A stretch of DNA of 31,831 nucleotides, taken from a virus. Lineage: Duplodnaviria; Caudoviricetes. The stretch lies in the IMG/VR virus record IMGVR_UViG_3300007863_000252, positions 1 to 31,831 of that record, one strand, 5' to 3'. A program made the translations under genes and the position numbers. The notes beneath the pieces are model-generated. The model did not search any database, was not told the origin of the DNA, and saw only the letters and a program-made list of their open reading frames with translations. Numbering within the stretch: position 1 is the first letter of the stretch; every line of letters starts with the position of its first letter. Below, in pieces: positions 7,652-18,609 of the stretch.

Positions 7652-10123
7652 ATGGATTTCTACACTACTGTCGAGCGTTTTGGTAACAACCTACTATACC
7701 GAGGATACAACGGGACTGAGAGGGTTCATAAAAAGATACCATTCAAACCCACACTATTCGTCCGAAGTGAGAAGGGTTCGTGGAAAAATCTACAAGGGCA
7801 GTCAGTTGATTCCCTAGAGTTTGATACTATGCGTGATGCGACTGACTTCACGAAACGGTATGAGAACGTACAGAACATGGAAGTGTTCGGTATGAATAAT
7901 TACATCTATCAGTTCATTGCACAAAAGTATCCTGACACAATCTCTTATAATCGTGAGGTCATGAACATCGTGACTATTGATATTGAGGTGCAGTCCGATG
8001 ATGGATTCCCTGAACCCGACAAAGCAAACTATCCTGTAATCTCTATTGCACTAAAGTCTACCCGCAGTGACAAATACATTGTGTTTGGTCTTGGTGAATA
8101 TGAGTCCCCCGAAAATGTAATCTATGTAAAATGTGAAAGTGAAACTGCACTATTACATAAGTTTGTTGAGTACTGGCACACGTCTCTTGACCCTGATATC
8201 GTCACGGGTTGGAATACTAAGAACTTTGATATCCCTTACCTCGTGAACCGTATCCGTAAATGTTTCGGAGAAGAAGAGGTTTCAAGACTATCCCCGTGGG
8301 GAAAGGTCACCCCCAAAGTTGTGCGTGGTAATGTCTTTATCCCTGATTCAAATACTTATGACATTATGGGTATCGCATCTCTAGATTACTATGACCTGTT
8401 CAAGAAGTTTACTTACAACACTCTAGGTCAACAAGAGAGTTATCGACTTGACCATATCGCACACGTGATACTCGGTGAACGTAAACTCTCGTATGAAGAA
8501 CACGGTAACCTACACACACTCTACAAGAATGACCACCAAAAGTTTATTGACTACAATATCAAAGACGTTGAGTTGGTTGCAAAGTTAGATGAAAACCTAG
8601 GTCTGATTGACCTTGCATTGACTATGGCATATCGTGGTGGTGTTAACTATAATGATGTCATGGGTACTACTGCGATTTGGGATGCAATCATCTATCGTAT
8701 GTTGAACAAACGTAAGATTGCAATCCCACAGAAAGTCGAGAAACCCAAGGGTGAATATGCGGGTGGTTATGTGAAAGAACCCCAAGTAGGTTCACATGAC
8801 TGGGTGACTTCCTTTGACTTGAACTCTCTATATCCTAACATCCTTGTACAATACAACATGTCCCCCGAAACCGTCACCGATGGTTTGGTTGATACTGACG
8901 TTGGTCGCATGTTATACAAACAGACCGAGGTGACCCGCAAAGAAGATTTTGCAACTGCACCTAGTGGAGTTCGATTCAAGAAAGACCGTACAGGTGTCAT
9001 CCCCTCTATCATTCGTGAGTACTATGATGAACGTAAAGTTATCAAAAAACAAATGTTGGAAGCACAACAAGAGTATGAGACCGCACCAACCCACGCATTG
9101 AGAAACAAGATATCAACCCTAGACAATCAACAGATGTCTATCAAGATTTTGATGAACTCTCTTTATGGTGCATTGGGTAACAGGTGGTTCAGATACTTTG
9201 ACCAACGTGTTGCAGAGTCCGTTACACTTGCGGGTCAGTTATCCATCCTATGGGCAGAGAGGAAGATGAATGACGAGATGAACAAACTCCTTGGTACTAA
9301 CAAGGACTATGTTATCGCAATCGATACTGATTCCTTGTATGTTAATATGTCATCTCTTGTTTCCAAAACAAACCCCAAGAACCCTGTCAAGTTTCTAGAC
9401 AAGATATGTAAGACCCACTTCGAGAAAGTATTGACCGAGACGTATCAAGAACTCGCAGACTATACAGGTGCATACGAAAACCGTATGGAGATGGGACGTG
9501 AGGTTATTGCAGACAAAGCAATATGGGTTGCGAAGAAGAGATACATTCTGAATGTTCACAACAACGAAGGTGTCCAGTATGCAAAACCCAAACTCAAACT
9601 AATGGGTATCGAAGCGGTCAAGTCATCAACACCTATGGTTGTTCGTGACAAGATGAAAGAGATGTTTGGTATTGTGGTGAAAGGGACTGAGGGTGAGACA
9701 CAAAAGTATATAAGAAACTTCCGCAGTCAGTTCAACAAACTTCCCGCAGAAGATATCTCGTTCCCTCGTGGTGTATCTAATATCAAGAAGTGGAGGGACG
9801 CAAAGACCATCTATAGTAAGGGTACACCTATCCATGTTCGTGGTGCATTGTTGTACAATCATAACGTAAAGTCAAAAGGATTGCGTCATGAGATTATCAA
9901 GAATGGTGAGAAGATTAAATTCGTATATCTCAAAGTCCCTAACCCGATAAAAGAAAACATTATCTCATATCCACAAAACTTACCTCGTGAGTTGGGACTG
10001 CAACAGTATATTGATTATGATAAGATGTTCAAGAAAACATTCCTTGACCCCCTTGAACCAATCCTTGATGCGGTTGGTTGGAGTGCGGAACCCCGTGCAT
10101 CATTGGAGGACTTCTTTGGATGA
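7652..10123 (+). CDS. gp43: Family B DNA polymerase (gp43), uninterrupted
   Basis: Exo DIE, GWN..FDIPY; pol [26 protein letters not shown]. Confidence 0.98.
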   Translation: MDFYTTVERFGNNLLYRGYNGTERVHKKIPFKPTLFVRSEKGSWKNLQGQSVDSLEFDTMRDATDFTKRYENVQNMEVFGMNNYIYQFIAQKYPDTISYNREVMNIVTIDIEVQSDDGFPEPDKANYPVISIALKSTRSDKYIVFGLGEYESPENVIYVKCESETALLHKFVEYWHTSLDPDIVTGWNTKNFDIPYLVNRIRKCFGEEEVSRLSPWGKVTPKVVRGNVFIPDSNTYDIMGIASLDYYDLFKKFTYNTLGQQESYRLDHIAHVILGERKLSYEEHGNLHTLYKNDHQKFIDYNIKDVELVAKLDENLGLIDLALTMAYRGGVNYNDVMGTTAIWDAIIYRMLNKRKIAIPQKVEKPKGEYAGGYVKEPQVGSHDWVTSFDLNSLYPNILVQYNMSPETVTDGLVDTDVGRMLYKQTEVTRKEDFATAPSGVRFKKDRTGVIPSIIREYYDERKVIKKQMLEAQQEYETAPTHALRNKISTLDNQQMSIKILMNSLYGALGNRWFRYFDQRVAESVTLAGQLSILWAERKMNDEMNKLLGTNKDYVIAIDTDSLYVNMSSLVSKTNPKNPVKFLDKICKTHFEKVLTETYQELADYTGAYENRMEMGREVIADKAIWVAKKRYILNVHNNEGVQYAKPKLKLMGIEAVKSSTPMVVRDKMKEMFGIVVKGTEGETQKYIRNFRSQFNKLPAEDISFPRGVSNIKKWRDAKTIYSKGTPIHVRGALLYNHNVKSKGLRHEIIKNGEKIKFVYLKVPNPIKENIISYPQNLPRELGLQQYIDYDKMFKKTFLDPLEPILDAVGWSAEPRASLEDFFG

Positions 10124-10560
10124 TGACATTATGGGGAGAGGTGGATGATATTGAGACCAAGGTGTGTTCACTTTGTGGTACAGAAAAACACATTCATGAG
10201 TTTGGATTAAGAAGTGGTAAGAAAGAAAACTTTGCACATACCCGACAGAATAGACGTAATGAATGTTCTTGTTGTAAGAATAAGTTAAACAAACAAACGA
10301 GACTTGCAAAACAACTTGCGGGTAAGTGTCCTGATAATCATACATGTCCTATCTGTAATAGGAATGAGGAAGAACTGAAGGGTGAACATAATGGGTGGCA
10401 GAATAAGTCTCCATTTGTTCTTGACCACGACCACGTCACGGGTGAACCTAGAGAATGGATATGTCAACATTGTAATATCGCATATGGTTCTAATGGGTTT
10501 AACGAAAATCTAAACACTCTAAATAGTGCTATAAAATATTATTATAAATGGAATGGGTAA
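10120..10560 (+). CDS. Endonuclease VII-like His-Me finger (HNH) nuclease
   Basis: CPIC...[17 protein letters not shown] plus N-terminal CxxC pairs; ATGA overlap with gp43 stop. Confidence 0.8.
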   Translation: MMTLWGEVDDIETKVCSLCGTEKHIHEFGLRSGKKENFAHTRQNRRNECSCCKNKLNKQTRLAKQLAGKCPDNHTCPICNRNEEELKGEHNGWQNKSPFVLDHDHVTGEPREWICQHCNIAYGSNGFNENLNTLNSAIKYYYKWNG

Positions 10561-11126
10561 TGAAAACTAACGAAGACTTGTTTCCACATCTAGACTTCAG
10601 TACTGATAAGGGTTGGGGATATCTTCCACCTACCGATGAAGTTCTAGATGTATTCAGATATGTTAAATCTGAGTGTAACCCTGAGAGGATTCTAGAGATA
10701 GGATACTATGCGGGTCACTCCACATCTTATCTTGCAGAGATAATGCCTGGCACTGATATTATATCGTGTTGTCCAAATCATCCTATGTATCGAGATACGG
10801 TATTGAGGGTGGAGAGAAAGTATAGGTATGTAAAAGTTATAGGTGTTAAGTCCCCTGAGATATTTGAATACATCTGTGATTGGACGTTTGACTTTGCATT
10901 CGTTGATGGTAGTCACCACAAAAAACCTGTGATGATGGATGTCGCATTATGTTTGACAATGGGTGTCAAGTGGATACTGTTTGATAATGCAGACCAACAA
11001 GAAGTACAAGAAGGTATTGCACCATATATGCATAGACTAGAACAGGTAAAAGAATGGCAATACACGGGAGTTAACAAAGGTAAAAGTCGTGTAAATTCTA
11101 TTACTTTATTTCGTGTAAAGGGTTGA
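10548..11126 (+). CDS. Class I SAM-dependent methyltransferase (Methyltransf_24-like)
   Basis: ILEIGYYAGHS motif I, FAFVDGSH, ILFDN; start may be 10560. Confidence 0.8.
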   Translation: MEWVMKTNEDLFPHLDFSTDKGWGYLPPTDEVLDVFRYVKSECNPERILEIGYYAGHSTSYLAEIMPGTDIISCCPNHPMYRDTVLRVERKYRYVKVIGVKSPEIFEYICDWTFDFAFVDGSHHKKPVMMDVALCLTMGVKWILFDNADQQEVQEGIAPYMHRLEQVKEWQYTGVNKGKSRVNSITLFRVKG

Positions 11127-11151
11127 CAAATACTGTTGTTCTTGTTATAAT
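11123..11151 (+). promoter_or_regulatory. sigma70-type promoter
   Basis: TTGACA-N17-TATAAT with TGn. Confidence 0.85.
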
Positions 11152-11157
11152 AGGTGT

Positions 11158-11403
11158 ATGTTAAATAATGAGAGAAATGAAATGAAAAATGGATTAATAG
11201 GAACACACATCGCCACGGGAATTCCGATGGAGATACCACTCAACTACAAAGAGATGCAGTTAGGTCTGTATAAGGATATTACGGGTGAAGAGAAGTGGGA
11301 CACCATGTGTGATATGGTACTTGAGAGAACAGGTATCACAATCATTGGTGAGATGGAAATTGATTACATGGTAGTCGAAGGCGTCAAACACGTATTTCAT
11401 TAA
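11158..11403 (+). CDS. Hypothetical protein
   Basis: ORF directly behind its own promoter; start 11158 (leaderless) or 11182. Confidence 0.7.
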   Translation: MLNNERNEMKNGLIGTHIATGIPMEIPLNYKEMQLGLYKDITGEEKWDTMCDMVLERTGITIIGEMEIDYMVVEGVKHVFH

Positions 11404-11411
11404 AATAATCC

Positions 11412-11440
11412 TTGACAATACCTGTCTAATATAGTATAAT
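11412..11440 (+). promoter_or_regulatory. sigma70-type promoter
   Basis: TTGACA-N17-TATAAT; ATG only 8 nt downstream. Confidence 0.85.
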
Positions 11441-11448
11441 GGTACACA

Positions 11449-12417
11449 ATGAAATACTCACTTACAATATTCAAAAATACCTACGACAATCAGACCCATC
11501 GAAATATGGAAATCGATGGTCTAGATGCGTTCGAAGGTTTGTTGTATGGTATGTCTCGCAAGGAGGGTCAGAAGGGTGGAAATAATTCTAGTGTTCTTAT
11601 TAGTCCTAGTTGTTATATCAAAGACACTACGAGAAGTAATAAGAATGTTACTAACTGGGGTGGTTGGGCTGCTCTTGACGTTGATGATTTTATTCTACCT
11701 GATATACTGGACTATGCCAGTGGAGACGAATTGGTACGACATCTTCAACGAGTACTCGAAGAAAAGTTCGGAGAGTATTACTACATTTGTTACTCTACCG
11801 CATCATCTCGACTTGAACAACCAAAGTTCAGATTAGTATTCCCTCTTACAAAACAAGTAGACGTAAAGGTACTACCACACTTTTGGTTCGCCCTCAATCG
11901 TGAGTTTGATGAACTAGGAGACAAACAAACAAAAGATGTATCACGTATGTACTACGTCCCCGCAGTATATCCTGATGCACTCAATTTTATATTTACAAAC
12001 AAAGGTATAATCACCGACCCTGAAATGTTGATGGAGAAACATTCTTATGTTGAACCTCAAGGTAAAACATTCATTGATAGATTACCACCTGAGTTACAGA
12101 AAGCAGTGATGGAACATCGTAAGAATTCATTAGAGAACACAGACTTTTCGTGGACTTCTTATCGTGACTGTCCGTTCTGGCCTAAACAACTTGGTATCGA
12201 ATATCAAAGAATTACAGGTACAGGATGGTATCATAAGATGTATCAGATTATGGTTGCGGTATCGGGTAATGCAGTAAAACGTGGATACCCTATGAATGCA
12301 CACCAAGTCGCAGAGTTGTGTAAACAGTTCGATGTTGATAACGGAAACTGGTACGATAACAGACCCCTAGATAAAGAGGCAGATAGGGCATTAGAATATA
12401 TTTACAGGAATGGATAA
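11449..12417 (+). CDS. Putative archaeo-eukaryotic-type primase / primase-polymerase
   Basis: ALDVDD, YSTASS..PKFRLVFPL, DVSRMYYVP pattern typical of phage prim-pol domains, helical C-terminal domain. Confidence 0.6.
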   Translation: MKYSLTIFKNTYDNQTHRNMEIDGLDAFEGLLYGMSRKEGQKGGNNSSVLISPSCYIKDTTRSNKNVTNWGGWAALDVDDFILPDILDYASGDELVRHLQRVLEEKFGEYYYICYSTASSRLEQPKFRLVFPLTKQVDVKVLPHFWFALNREFDELGDKQTKDVSRMYYVPAVYPDALNFIFTNKGIITDPEMLMEKHSYVEPQGKTFIDRLPPELQKAVMEHRKNSLENTDFSWTSYRDCPFWPKQLGIEYQRITGTGWYHKMYQIMVAVSGNAVKRGYPMNAHQVAELCKQFDVDNGNWYDNRPLDKEADRALEYIYRNG

Positions 12418-13356
12418 ATGAGAATTTGTGTAACAGGAGCCGCAGGGTTCATTGGTAGTCACCTTTGTTTAGATTTACTAGGTGAAGGACTAGACGTTAT
12501 TGGACTAGATAGTTTCAATGACTATTACGACCCCGCACTAAAATATGCACGTATTGATGCATTCGACCATATGGTAGAAAATGTCGATATGAAAGACTTC
12601 GATGCACTTGACACTTTCTTTAATGAGTATCAACCTGACATTGTAGTTCACCTAGGTGCTCGTGCTGGTGTTCGTGATTCAGTTGGTAAAGAAGTTTTAT
12701 ATCATCAAGACAATATTGATGCAACACAAAATCTAATCCAGTGTTGTAAGTTGTATAATGTTGGTAAGGTTCTATATGCATCTACAAGTTCTATCTATGG
12801 TGGAACACCTATTCCAAAGGATGGATGGACAGAAGAAGATGTTACGGGTCACCAATTAAACGCCTATGCGTACACTAAACGTGTGAACGAATGTCAATTT
12901 AAGATTAGTGGTCTTAACAATGTAGGACTAAGGTTCTTCACAGTATACGGCCCTTGGGGGAGACCTGATATGGCACTCTTTCAATTCACCCAAAAGATTA
13001 TTGCGGGTGAAGAGATTGAAGCATTCAACTATGGTGATATGAAACGAGACTTTACCTACATTGCGGATATCATTGAAGGAATTAAGATTGCGATGTTAAG
13101 TGACATTCCTAGTGGTGAGATATATAATATAGGTCGAGGGAAACAAGTAGAGTTAATGCATTTCATCGAATGTATAGGTAAAGAACTTGGTAGACAACCT
13201 ATCATCAAACTTGCACCAAGACATCCCGCAGACACGCTGGAGACTTGGAGTAATACTGAGAAACTGGAAGGATTAGGGTATAAACCTAAGACTAATATTG
13301 AAGTAGGTGTACGAGCATTCGTAGACTGGTATAAACATTTTTATAAGGTAAATTAA
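12418..13356 (+). CDS. NAD-dependent epimerase (UDP-glucuronate 4-epimerase-like)
   Basis: TGAAGFIG, ARAGVR, YAYTK (YxxxK), RFFTVYGPWGRPDMA. Confidence 0.9.
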   Translation: MRICVTGAAGFIGSHLCLDLLGEGLDVIGLDSFNDYYDPALKYARIDAFDHMVENVDMKDFDALDTFFNEYQPDIVVHLGARAGVRDSVGKEVLYHQDNIDATQNLIQCCKLYNVGKVLYASTSSIYGGTPIPKDGWTEEDVTGHQLNAYAYTKRVNECQFKISGLNNVGLRFFTVYGPWGRPDMALFQFTQKIIAGEEIEAFNYGDMKRDFTYIADIIEGIKIAMLSDIPSGEIYNIGRGKQVELMHFIECIGKELGRQPIIKLAPRHPADTLETWSNTEKLEGLGYKPKTNIEVGVRAFVDWYKHFYKVN

Positions 13357-14460
13357 ATGAATAGAAAACAAACATTAGAAGGTAATTGGGAAAACCCAAT
13401 GAAACCTAACGACCCAAACAATCTTGAAGGTCAAAACCCTGTCGATAGATTGGTGCCGGAACAAACATCCGAACATCCCGAACAAATGGGTGTTCTTAAG
13501 ATTGGTATCGTGGGACACGGGTTTGTTGGTGGTGCAGTAGATTATGCATTCACCCATCCTGATGTACAGAAGTTTTATGTTGACCCCAAACATGGTACAA
13601 CACTTGATGACCTCATTGCATGGAGTCCTCACCTTACATTTATTTGTGCCCCAACACCTATGAACCCTGAGACTGGATTTGTTGATGCATCTATTGTAGA
13701 GGATGCAACCCTAAGATGTTTCGAGGATACCGAGGGTGCTGTTATTATCAAATCAACAATCACTCCCGATGTTATTGATAGGATTGCAAACTCTGTTTAT
13801 GAAAATGATATGAAACGTCTTTGTTATAATCCTGAGTTTCTTACTGAGTCAAATGCAAAAGAACAATTTGTGAATGCACCTTATCATGTATTGGGTGGTC
13901 ATCCACAATGTACTTCAGACATCGAACAGATTTATTCTATGTTCTCTCTATGTACTACAGATAAGTTTGTGCATTTGTCTGCACCTGAAGCTGCATTCGT
14001 CAAGTATGGGGTGAACTCATTCCTTGCAACCAAAGTAACATTCTTTAATCAACTCTATGATACAGTCGCAGAATTTGGATGTAACTGGCCATCGGTTGCG
14101 AACACTATTGGTATGGATTCTCGTATCGGTGTAGGTCATACACGTGTGCCAGGTTATGATGGTAAACGAGGATTTGGTGGTGCATGTTTCCCTAAAGACT
14201 TAGTTGCATTTAATAATTTTGATAAAAAGAACTTGACATTACTTGCAGAAGTTGATATAATAAATAAAAATTATAGAACAGTCTATGATTTGGATGATAG
14301 GGAAAAAGCAAACAATATCACGTTTGGTAAACCCAAAGAAGAAACTGACCCCATCACTGAAAGAGTGCAAGAGGTTAGTACAGATAATGTAGAGTCAGAT
14401 GAAGACTTATTTGAAGGAGAAATGAATGTCGATAATGGACAAACTGAAGAAAAACAGTAA
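13357..14460 (+). CDS. ugd: UDP-glucose/GDP-mannose dehydrogenase family protein
   Basis: GIVGHGFVG, IKST, YNPEFL, KYGVNSFLATKVTFFN, GFGGACFPKD; lacks the usual C-terminal domain, acidic tail. Confidence 0.88.
   Translation: MNRKQTLEGNWENPMKPNDPNNLEGQNPVDRLVPEQTSEHPEQMGVLKIGIVGHGFVGGAVDYAFTHPDVQKFYVDPKHGTTLDDLIAWSPHLTFICAPTPMNPETGFVDASIVEDATLRCFEDTEGAVIIKSTITPDVIDRIANSVYENDMKRLCYNPEFLTESNAKEQFVNAPYHVLGGHPQCTSDIEQIYSMFSLCTTDKFVHLSAPEAAFVKYGVNSFLATKVTFFNQLYDTVAEFGCNWPSVANTIGMDSRIGVGHTRVPGYDGKRGFGGACFPKDLVAFNNFDKKNLTLLAEVDIINKNYRTVYDLDDREKANNITFGKPKEETDPITERVQEVSTDNVESDEDLFEGEMNVDNGQTEEKQ
14233..14261 (+). promoter_or_regulatory. sigma70-type promoter inside ugd, serving uvsX
   Basis: TTGACA-N17-TATAAT with TGn. 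Confidence 0.75.
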
Positions 14461-15478
14461 AATCAAAACTACCGAAGTACTTGCGAATAGTAAGTTCTTC
14501 ACTGAAAAAGATATGGTTCCGACAGACGTGCCAATGGTTAACGTTGCATTGTCGGGTAGTATTGACGGTGGTGTCACGCCAGGATTGACCGTCCTCGCAG
14601 GCCCTTCCAAGCATTTTAAAACTTCGTTCGCACTACTAATGGCGGGTGCTTATATGAAAGCGAAGAAAGATGCTGTCATGTTGTTCTACGATAGTGAGTT
14701 TGGTTCGCCGCAATCTTACTTTGAACAATTCGGTATAGACACCGAACGGGTGTTACATACTCCAATCGCAAATGTCGAAGAACTTAAGTTTGACCTAGTG
14801 GGTCAACTTGAAAATCTTGATAGAGCGGATGATGTAATAGTAGTCATTGACTCCATAGGCAACCTCGCATCCAAGAAGGAATTGGAAGATGCGATTAACG
14901 AGAAGTCGGTTGCTGATATGTCCCGTGCAAAAGCGTTGAAGGGTCTCTTCAGGATGTGTACCCCATATCTTACAATGAAGAATATTCCAATGCTTGCCGT
15001 CAACCACACTTATAAAGAAATTGGTCTATTCCCTAAAGACATTGTTGGAGGTGGTACAGGTATCTACTATTCCGCAGACAACATTTGGATTCTTGGAAGA
15101 CAGCAGGATAAGGTTGGTACTGAAGTGAAAGGTTACCGCTTTATCATTAACGTGGAGAAAAGTCGTTATGTTAAAGAGAAGTCAAAAATTCCTATCACTG
15201 TGTCTTGGGAAGGTGGTGTACATCGTTTTAGTGGTTTGTTGGATGTCGCTATTGTTGGGGGTTATGTTGTTAAGCCTTCCAATGGTTGGTACAGTGTCGT
15301 TGATAAAGAAACTGGAGAGATGGTTGGAGGTAAAGTAAGACTTGCCGATACACTCGAAGAAGATTTTTGGAAACCAGTGTTTGACAATACTGACTTTGCA
15401 GATTTCTTAAAATCTCAATACTCAATGGGTCTTGCAACTAAAGTAGATATGGATGCGATTGCAGATGTCGAACTCTAA
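14426..15478 (+). CDS. uvsX: RecA-like recombinase UvsX
   Basis: AGPSKHFKT, FYDSEFG, IDSIGNLASKKE, GGGTG; GAAGGAG SD. Confidence 0.97.
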   Translation: MSIMDKLKKNSKIKTTEVLANSKFFTEKDMVPTDVPMVNVALSGSIDGGVTPGLTVLAGPSKHFKTSFALLMAGAYMKAKKDAVMLFYDSEFGSPQSYFEQFGIDTERVLHTPIANVEELKFDLVGQLENLDRADDVIVVIDSIGNLASKKELEDAINEKSVADMSRAKALKGLFRMCTPYLTMKNIPMLAVNHTYKEIGLFPKDIVGGGTGIYYSADNIWILGRQQDKVGTEVKGYRFIINVEKSRYVKEKSKIPITVSWEGGVHRFSGLLDVAIVGGYVVKPSNGWYSVVDKETGEMVGGKVRLADTLEEDFWKPVFDNTDFADFLKSQYSMGLATKVDMDAIADVEL

Positions 15479-15878
15479 TAAAGAATTACCACTGAGTCTC
15501 AATACACTAAATGAGGGAATCCACTATGAATTGATTCCCTCAGATAATATTGATGATGGATGGGATGTCCGACTCATGGAGGAATATCCCGAAACTGTGA
15601 TACGATTTGGTACTATCAGTCTTGATAATGAAAATGAAGAACTTAAGTTTAGTTTTGAAATTGTCAGTACACCCGATGCAGATTTATCACTTGAGGACTT
15701 GACATTTACTGCATACTGTGGTAATATACTAGAAAGTGTAATTACAGAATCCTTATCTAATGGTTCTACAATTATGACTGATAAAGATACAGGTGAACAA
15801 TATGTCGGTGAGGCATTGAGAGAGGATTATGATGAATATAAACTTACAAACAACGATTCTACGGAATCTACTAACTAA
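15465..15878 (+). CDS. Acidic hypothetical protein between uvsX and gp41
   Basis: ORF overlapping both neighbours, at the position of T4 gene 40; no homology claimed. Confidence 0.7.
   Translation: MSNSNKELPLSLNTLNEGIHYELIPSDNIDDGWDVRLMEEYPETVIRFGTISLDNENEELKFSFEIVSTPDADLSLEDLTFTAYCGNILESVITESLSNGSTIMTDKDTGEQYVGEALREDYDEYKLTNNDSTESTN
15699..15727 (+). promoter_or_regulatory. Probable internal sigma70 promoter serving gp41
   Basis: TTGACA-N17-TAATAT with TGTGG extension. Confidence 0.55.
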
Positions 15879-17205
15879 CGAGGAATATACCCGAAAAGTA
15901 TTACCCTTCCTTGCACCCACTTATTTCGAAGGGGTGTATAAAGACCTATTTAAAGAGGTCACTAAATTCGTATCTAAGTTCAATGCACTTCCTACTATGG
16001 AAGCATTCAAGATTGAAGTTGATGAAGGTGGTAGGTTATCTGATGCAGACTATGGTCAAGCAATGGATTTACTTCCTACCATCTTTAAATACGAGAAAGA
16101 AAATCTAGAATGGTTGGTCGAGTCTACTGAGAAGTGGTGTCAAGACCGTGCGGTGTTCAATGCAGTAATGGAGTCCATCTCTATTATTGATGGTAAACAT
16201 GCGAACCTACAAAAGAATGCAATCCCCGAAGTATTATCAAAAGCACTTGGTGTGACGTTCGATACAAATATTGGTCATGATTTTATTGAGAACGCAAATG
16301 AACGTTTTGAGTTCTATCATATGCAAGAAGAACGTATCCCGTTCGACCTAGAATTTTTCAACAAGATTACCAAAGGTGGTTTACCTAACAAGACCTTGAA
16401 CATCGCACTTGCGGGTACGGGTGTTGGTAAGTCATTGTTCATGTGTCATGTCGCTGCAAATGCTTTAGTCCAAGGACGTAATGCATTGTACATTACTATG
16501 GAGATGGCAGAAGAACGTATTGCAGAACGTATTGATGCAAACCTATTGAACGTTCCTATTGACCAACTGGAGAACCTATCTAAAGATATGTTTACTGACA
16601 GGGTCAAAGGTGTTGCAGAGAAGACCCAAGGTAAACTCATTATTAAAGAGTATCCTACAGGTCAGGCACATACTGCCCACTTCCGTGCATTGTTGAATGA
16701 ACTAAAACTCAAGAAGAACTTTGTACCTGAGATTATCTTTATTGACTATCTAAACATCTGTGCCTCATCTCGTATGAAGGGTATGGGTGGTGCAATCAAC
16801 TCTTATACTTACATCAAGAGTATTGCAGAAGAACTAAGAGGTCTTGCAGTTGAGTTCAATGTACCAATTGTTTCTGCAACACAAACCACTCGTAGTGGAT
16901 ATGGTAATGATGATGTTGGATTGGAAGATACTTCTGAATCATTCGGACTACCCGCAACCGCAGACTTGATGTTCGCATTGATATCTAACGATGAACTAAA
17001 TAACCTAGGTAAGATATTGGTAAAACAATTAAAGAACAGATACAACGACCCAACCTCTAATCAGAGATTTACTCTTAAGGTTGACCGTAGTAAGATGCGA
17101 CTAGAAGATGATAATGACCCCGATGAACAAATCAGTAGTGATGACACGCCCGTGTTTGATAACTCTAAGTCGGGTGAGAGATTTAAAAACTTCAAGATGG
17201 AGTAG
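15829..17205 (+). CDS. gp41: Replicative DnaB-like helicase (gp41)
   Basis: AGTGVGKS, ITMEMAEERI, IDYLNI, ATQTTR, SESFGLPATAD, QLKNRY. Confidence 0.97.
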   Translation: MMNINLQTTILRNLLTNEEYTRKVLPFLAPTYFEGVYKDLFKEVTKFVSKFNALPTMEAFKIEVDEGGRLSDADYGQAMDLLPTIFKYEKENLEWLVESTEKWCQDRAVFNAVMESISIIDGKHANLQKNAIPEVLSKALGVTFDTNIGHDFIENANERFEFYHMQEERIPFDLEFFNKITKGGLPNKTLNIALAGTGVGKSLFMCHVAANALVQGRNALYITMEMAEERIAERIDANLLNVPIDQLENLSKDMFTDRVKGVAEKTQGKLIIKEYPTGQAHTAHFRALLNELKLKKNFVPEIIFIDYLNICASSRMKGMGGAINSYTYIKSIAEELRGLAVEFNVPIVSATQTTRSGYGNDDVGLEDTSESFGLPATADLMFALISNDELNNLGKILVKQLKNRYNDPTSNQRFTLKVDRSKMRLEDDNDPDEQISSDDTPVFDNSKSGERFKNFKME

Positions 17206-17207
17206 TA

Positions 17208-17963
17208 ATGCGTGAATCAATGATGAAAATTTTGTTTAAGAGATGGGAACATAATAAACAGTTCTTCTATCCTACAGGGATAGACCTTGTACCTCAAGAA
17301 ACTCTAGATGAACTCCTTGCGATGGCATTAAGACTTGACCCTGAGTTAGAGTTTATTGATAGACCGTGGAGAAAGATTGCATATAATAGTACCCCTAAAA
17401 TTATCGAACAGGTAGTAAAAGAACATGGTGGTACTACACGTGATGCACGTGAGTTCGTAAGACGTAGATTGATTATGGCACGTGAACTTGGTACACCCGC
17501 AGATGGTGTAACCGAGATTGTGATTGACCAATACAGATTACCAAAACGAATTGCAGACCCATTGTCAAAACAAGTCAGTGAGATGTTAGATATTCCTATC
17601 GAAGAGATTGACCCTATCGTACAGATACAGAACGAAGGTACTATGTTATATCCTCATAAGGGACATGCACGTAACTCATCTCTCTTTTGTTTACTTCAAG
17701 GTAATGAAGAAAAAACTACATGGTATGATGAAACAGAACCATTTAAAGTTCATGATATATATCGCATACCCGATTATTCTAAACTGAAAGTTGCAACACA
17801 GGTTCAACTACGTGAAATGGAATGGACAACATTTAATCATTATATATGGCATTCCGTAGAAAGAGAACAACAACCCAAACGATGGAGGGTCAATCTAAAC
17901 ATTGACTTTGCATCATTATCTTATGACGAACTGATGGAGAAAATACAGAATGTCAAACGTTAA
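17208..17963 (+). CDS. Putative 2OG-Fe(II) oxygenase-fold protein with HxG
   Basis: LYPHKGHAR...TTWY...WHSVE...R-x-N-L pattern of DSBH oxygenases. Confidence 0.45.
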   Translation: MRESMMKILFKRWEHNKQFFYPTGIDLVPQETLDELLAMALRLDPELEFIDRPWRKIAYNSTPKIIEQVVKEHGGTTRDAREFVRRRLIMARELGTPADGVTEIVIDQYRLPKRIADPLSKQVSEMLDIPIEEIDPIVQIQNEGTMLYPHKGHARNSSLFCLLQGNEEKTTWYDETEPFKVHDIYRIPDYSKLKVATQVQLREMEWTTFNHYIWHSVEREQQPKRWRVNLNIDFASLSYDELMEKIQNVKR

Positions 17964-18609
17964 CTTAATCGCTCTTAGTAAACCGTCTTCTATTACAGAT
18001 TGTAATACCGCAGAAGAACTTATTGCATATGCAGCTAGAGTGAGTAATCCCGCAAACCAAAATAATAAGAAGACATCGAAGGGACTTGTACGATATCTTA
18101 TTCGTGAAAATCATTGGAGTCCATTAGAGATGGTTCATATGACAATGGAGATTACTACGACCCGTGATATCGCAAGACAGATTATCCGTCATCGTTCGTT
18201 TGCATTCCAAGAGTTCTCTCAACGTTATGCTTCACCCGAAGAAGGTGCGGTACATTTTAAAGATGCACGTTTACAGGATGATAAGAATAGACAAAACTCT
18301 ATTGAGACTCAGAACCTAGACCTTCATCGTGATTGGAGAAAACAACAAGAAGAAGTTGTTCTTAAATCAAGAGAAGCATACAACTGGGCAATCAAGAAGG
18401 GTATTGCAAAGGAACAGGCACGTGCAGTTCTCCCTGAAGGTAATACAGAATCAGTTCTTTATATGGCAGGTTCTCTACGTTCATGGATTCACTATTGTGA
18501 ACTAAGACGTGGACATGGTACTCAGAAAGAACATATCAAGATTGCAGATGACTGTTGGGAAATTATCAAGGTTCATTTCCCCTCTATTGCAGAAGCGTTA
18601 GAAGACTAA
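17950..18609 (+). CDS. thyX: Flavin-dependent thymidylate synthase
   Basis: HWSPLE, RHRSFAFQEFSQRY ThyX motif, ARAVLP, TQKEH. Confidence 0.97.
   Translation: MSNVNLIALSKPSSITDCNTAEELIAYAARVSNPANQNNKKTSKGLVRYLIRENHWSPLEMVHMTMEITTTRDIARQIIRHRSFAFQEFSQRYASPEEGAVHFKDARLQDDKNRQNSIETQNLDLHRDWRKQQEEVVLKSREAYNWAIKKGIAKEQARAVLPEGNTESVLYMAGSLRSWIHYCELRRGHGTQKEHIKIADDCWEIIKVHFPSIAEALED

Noticed and set aside
7652-10123. Intein or intron in DNA polymerase (also checked helicase and UvsX)
   Set aside because: Lengths are normal and conserved motifs are contiguous
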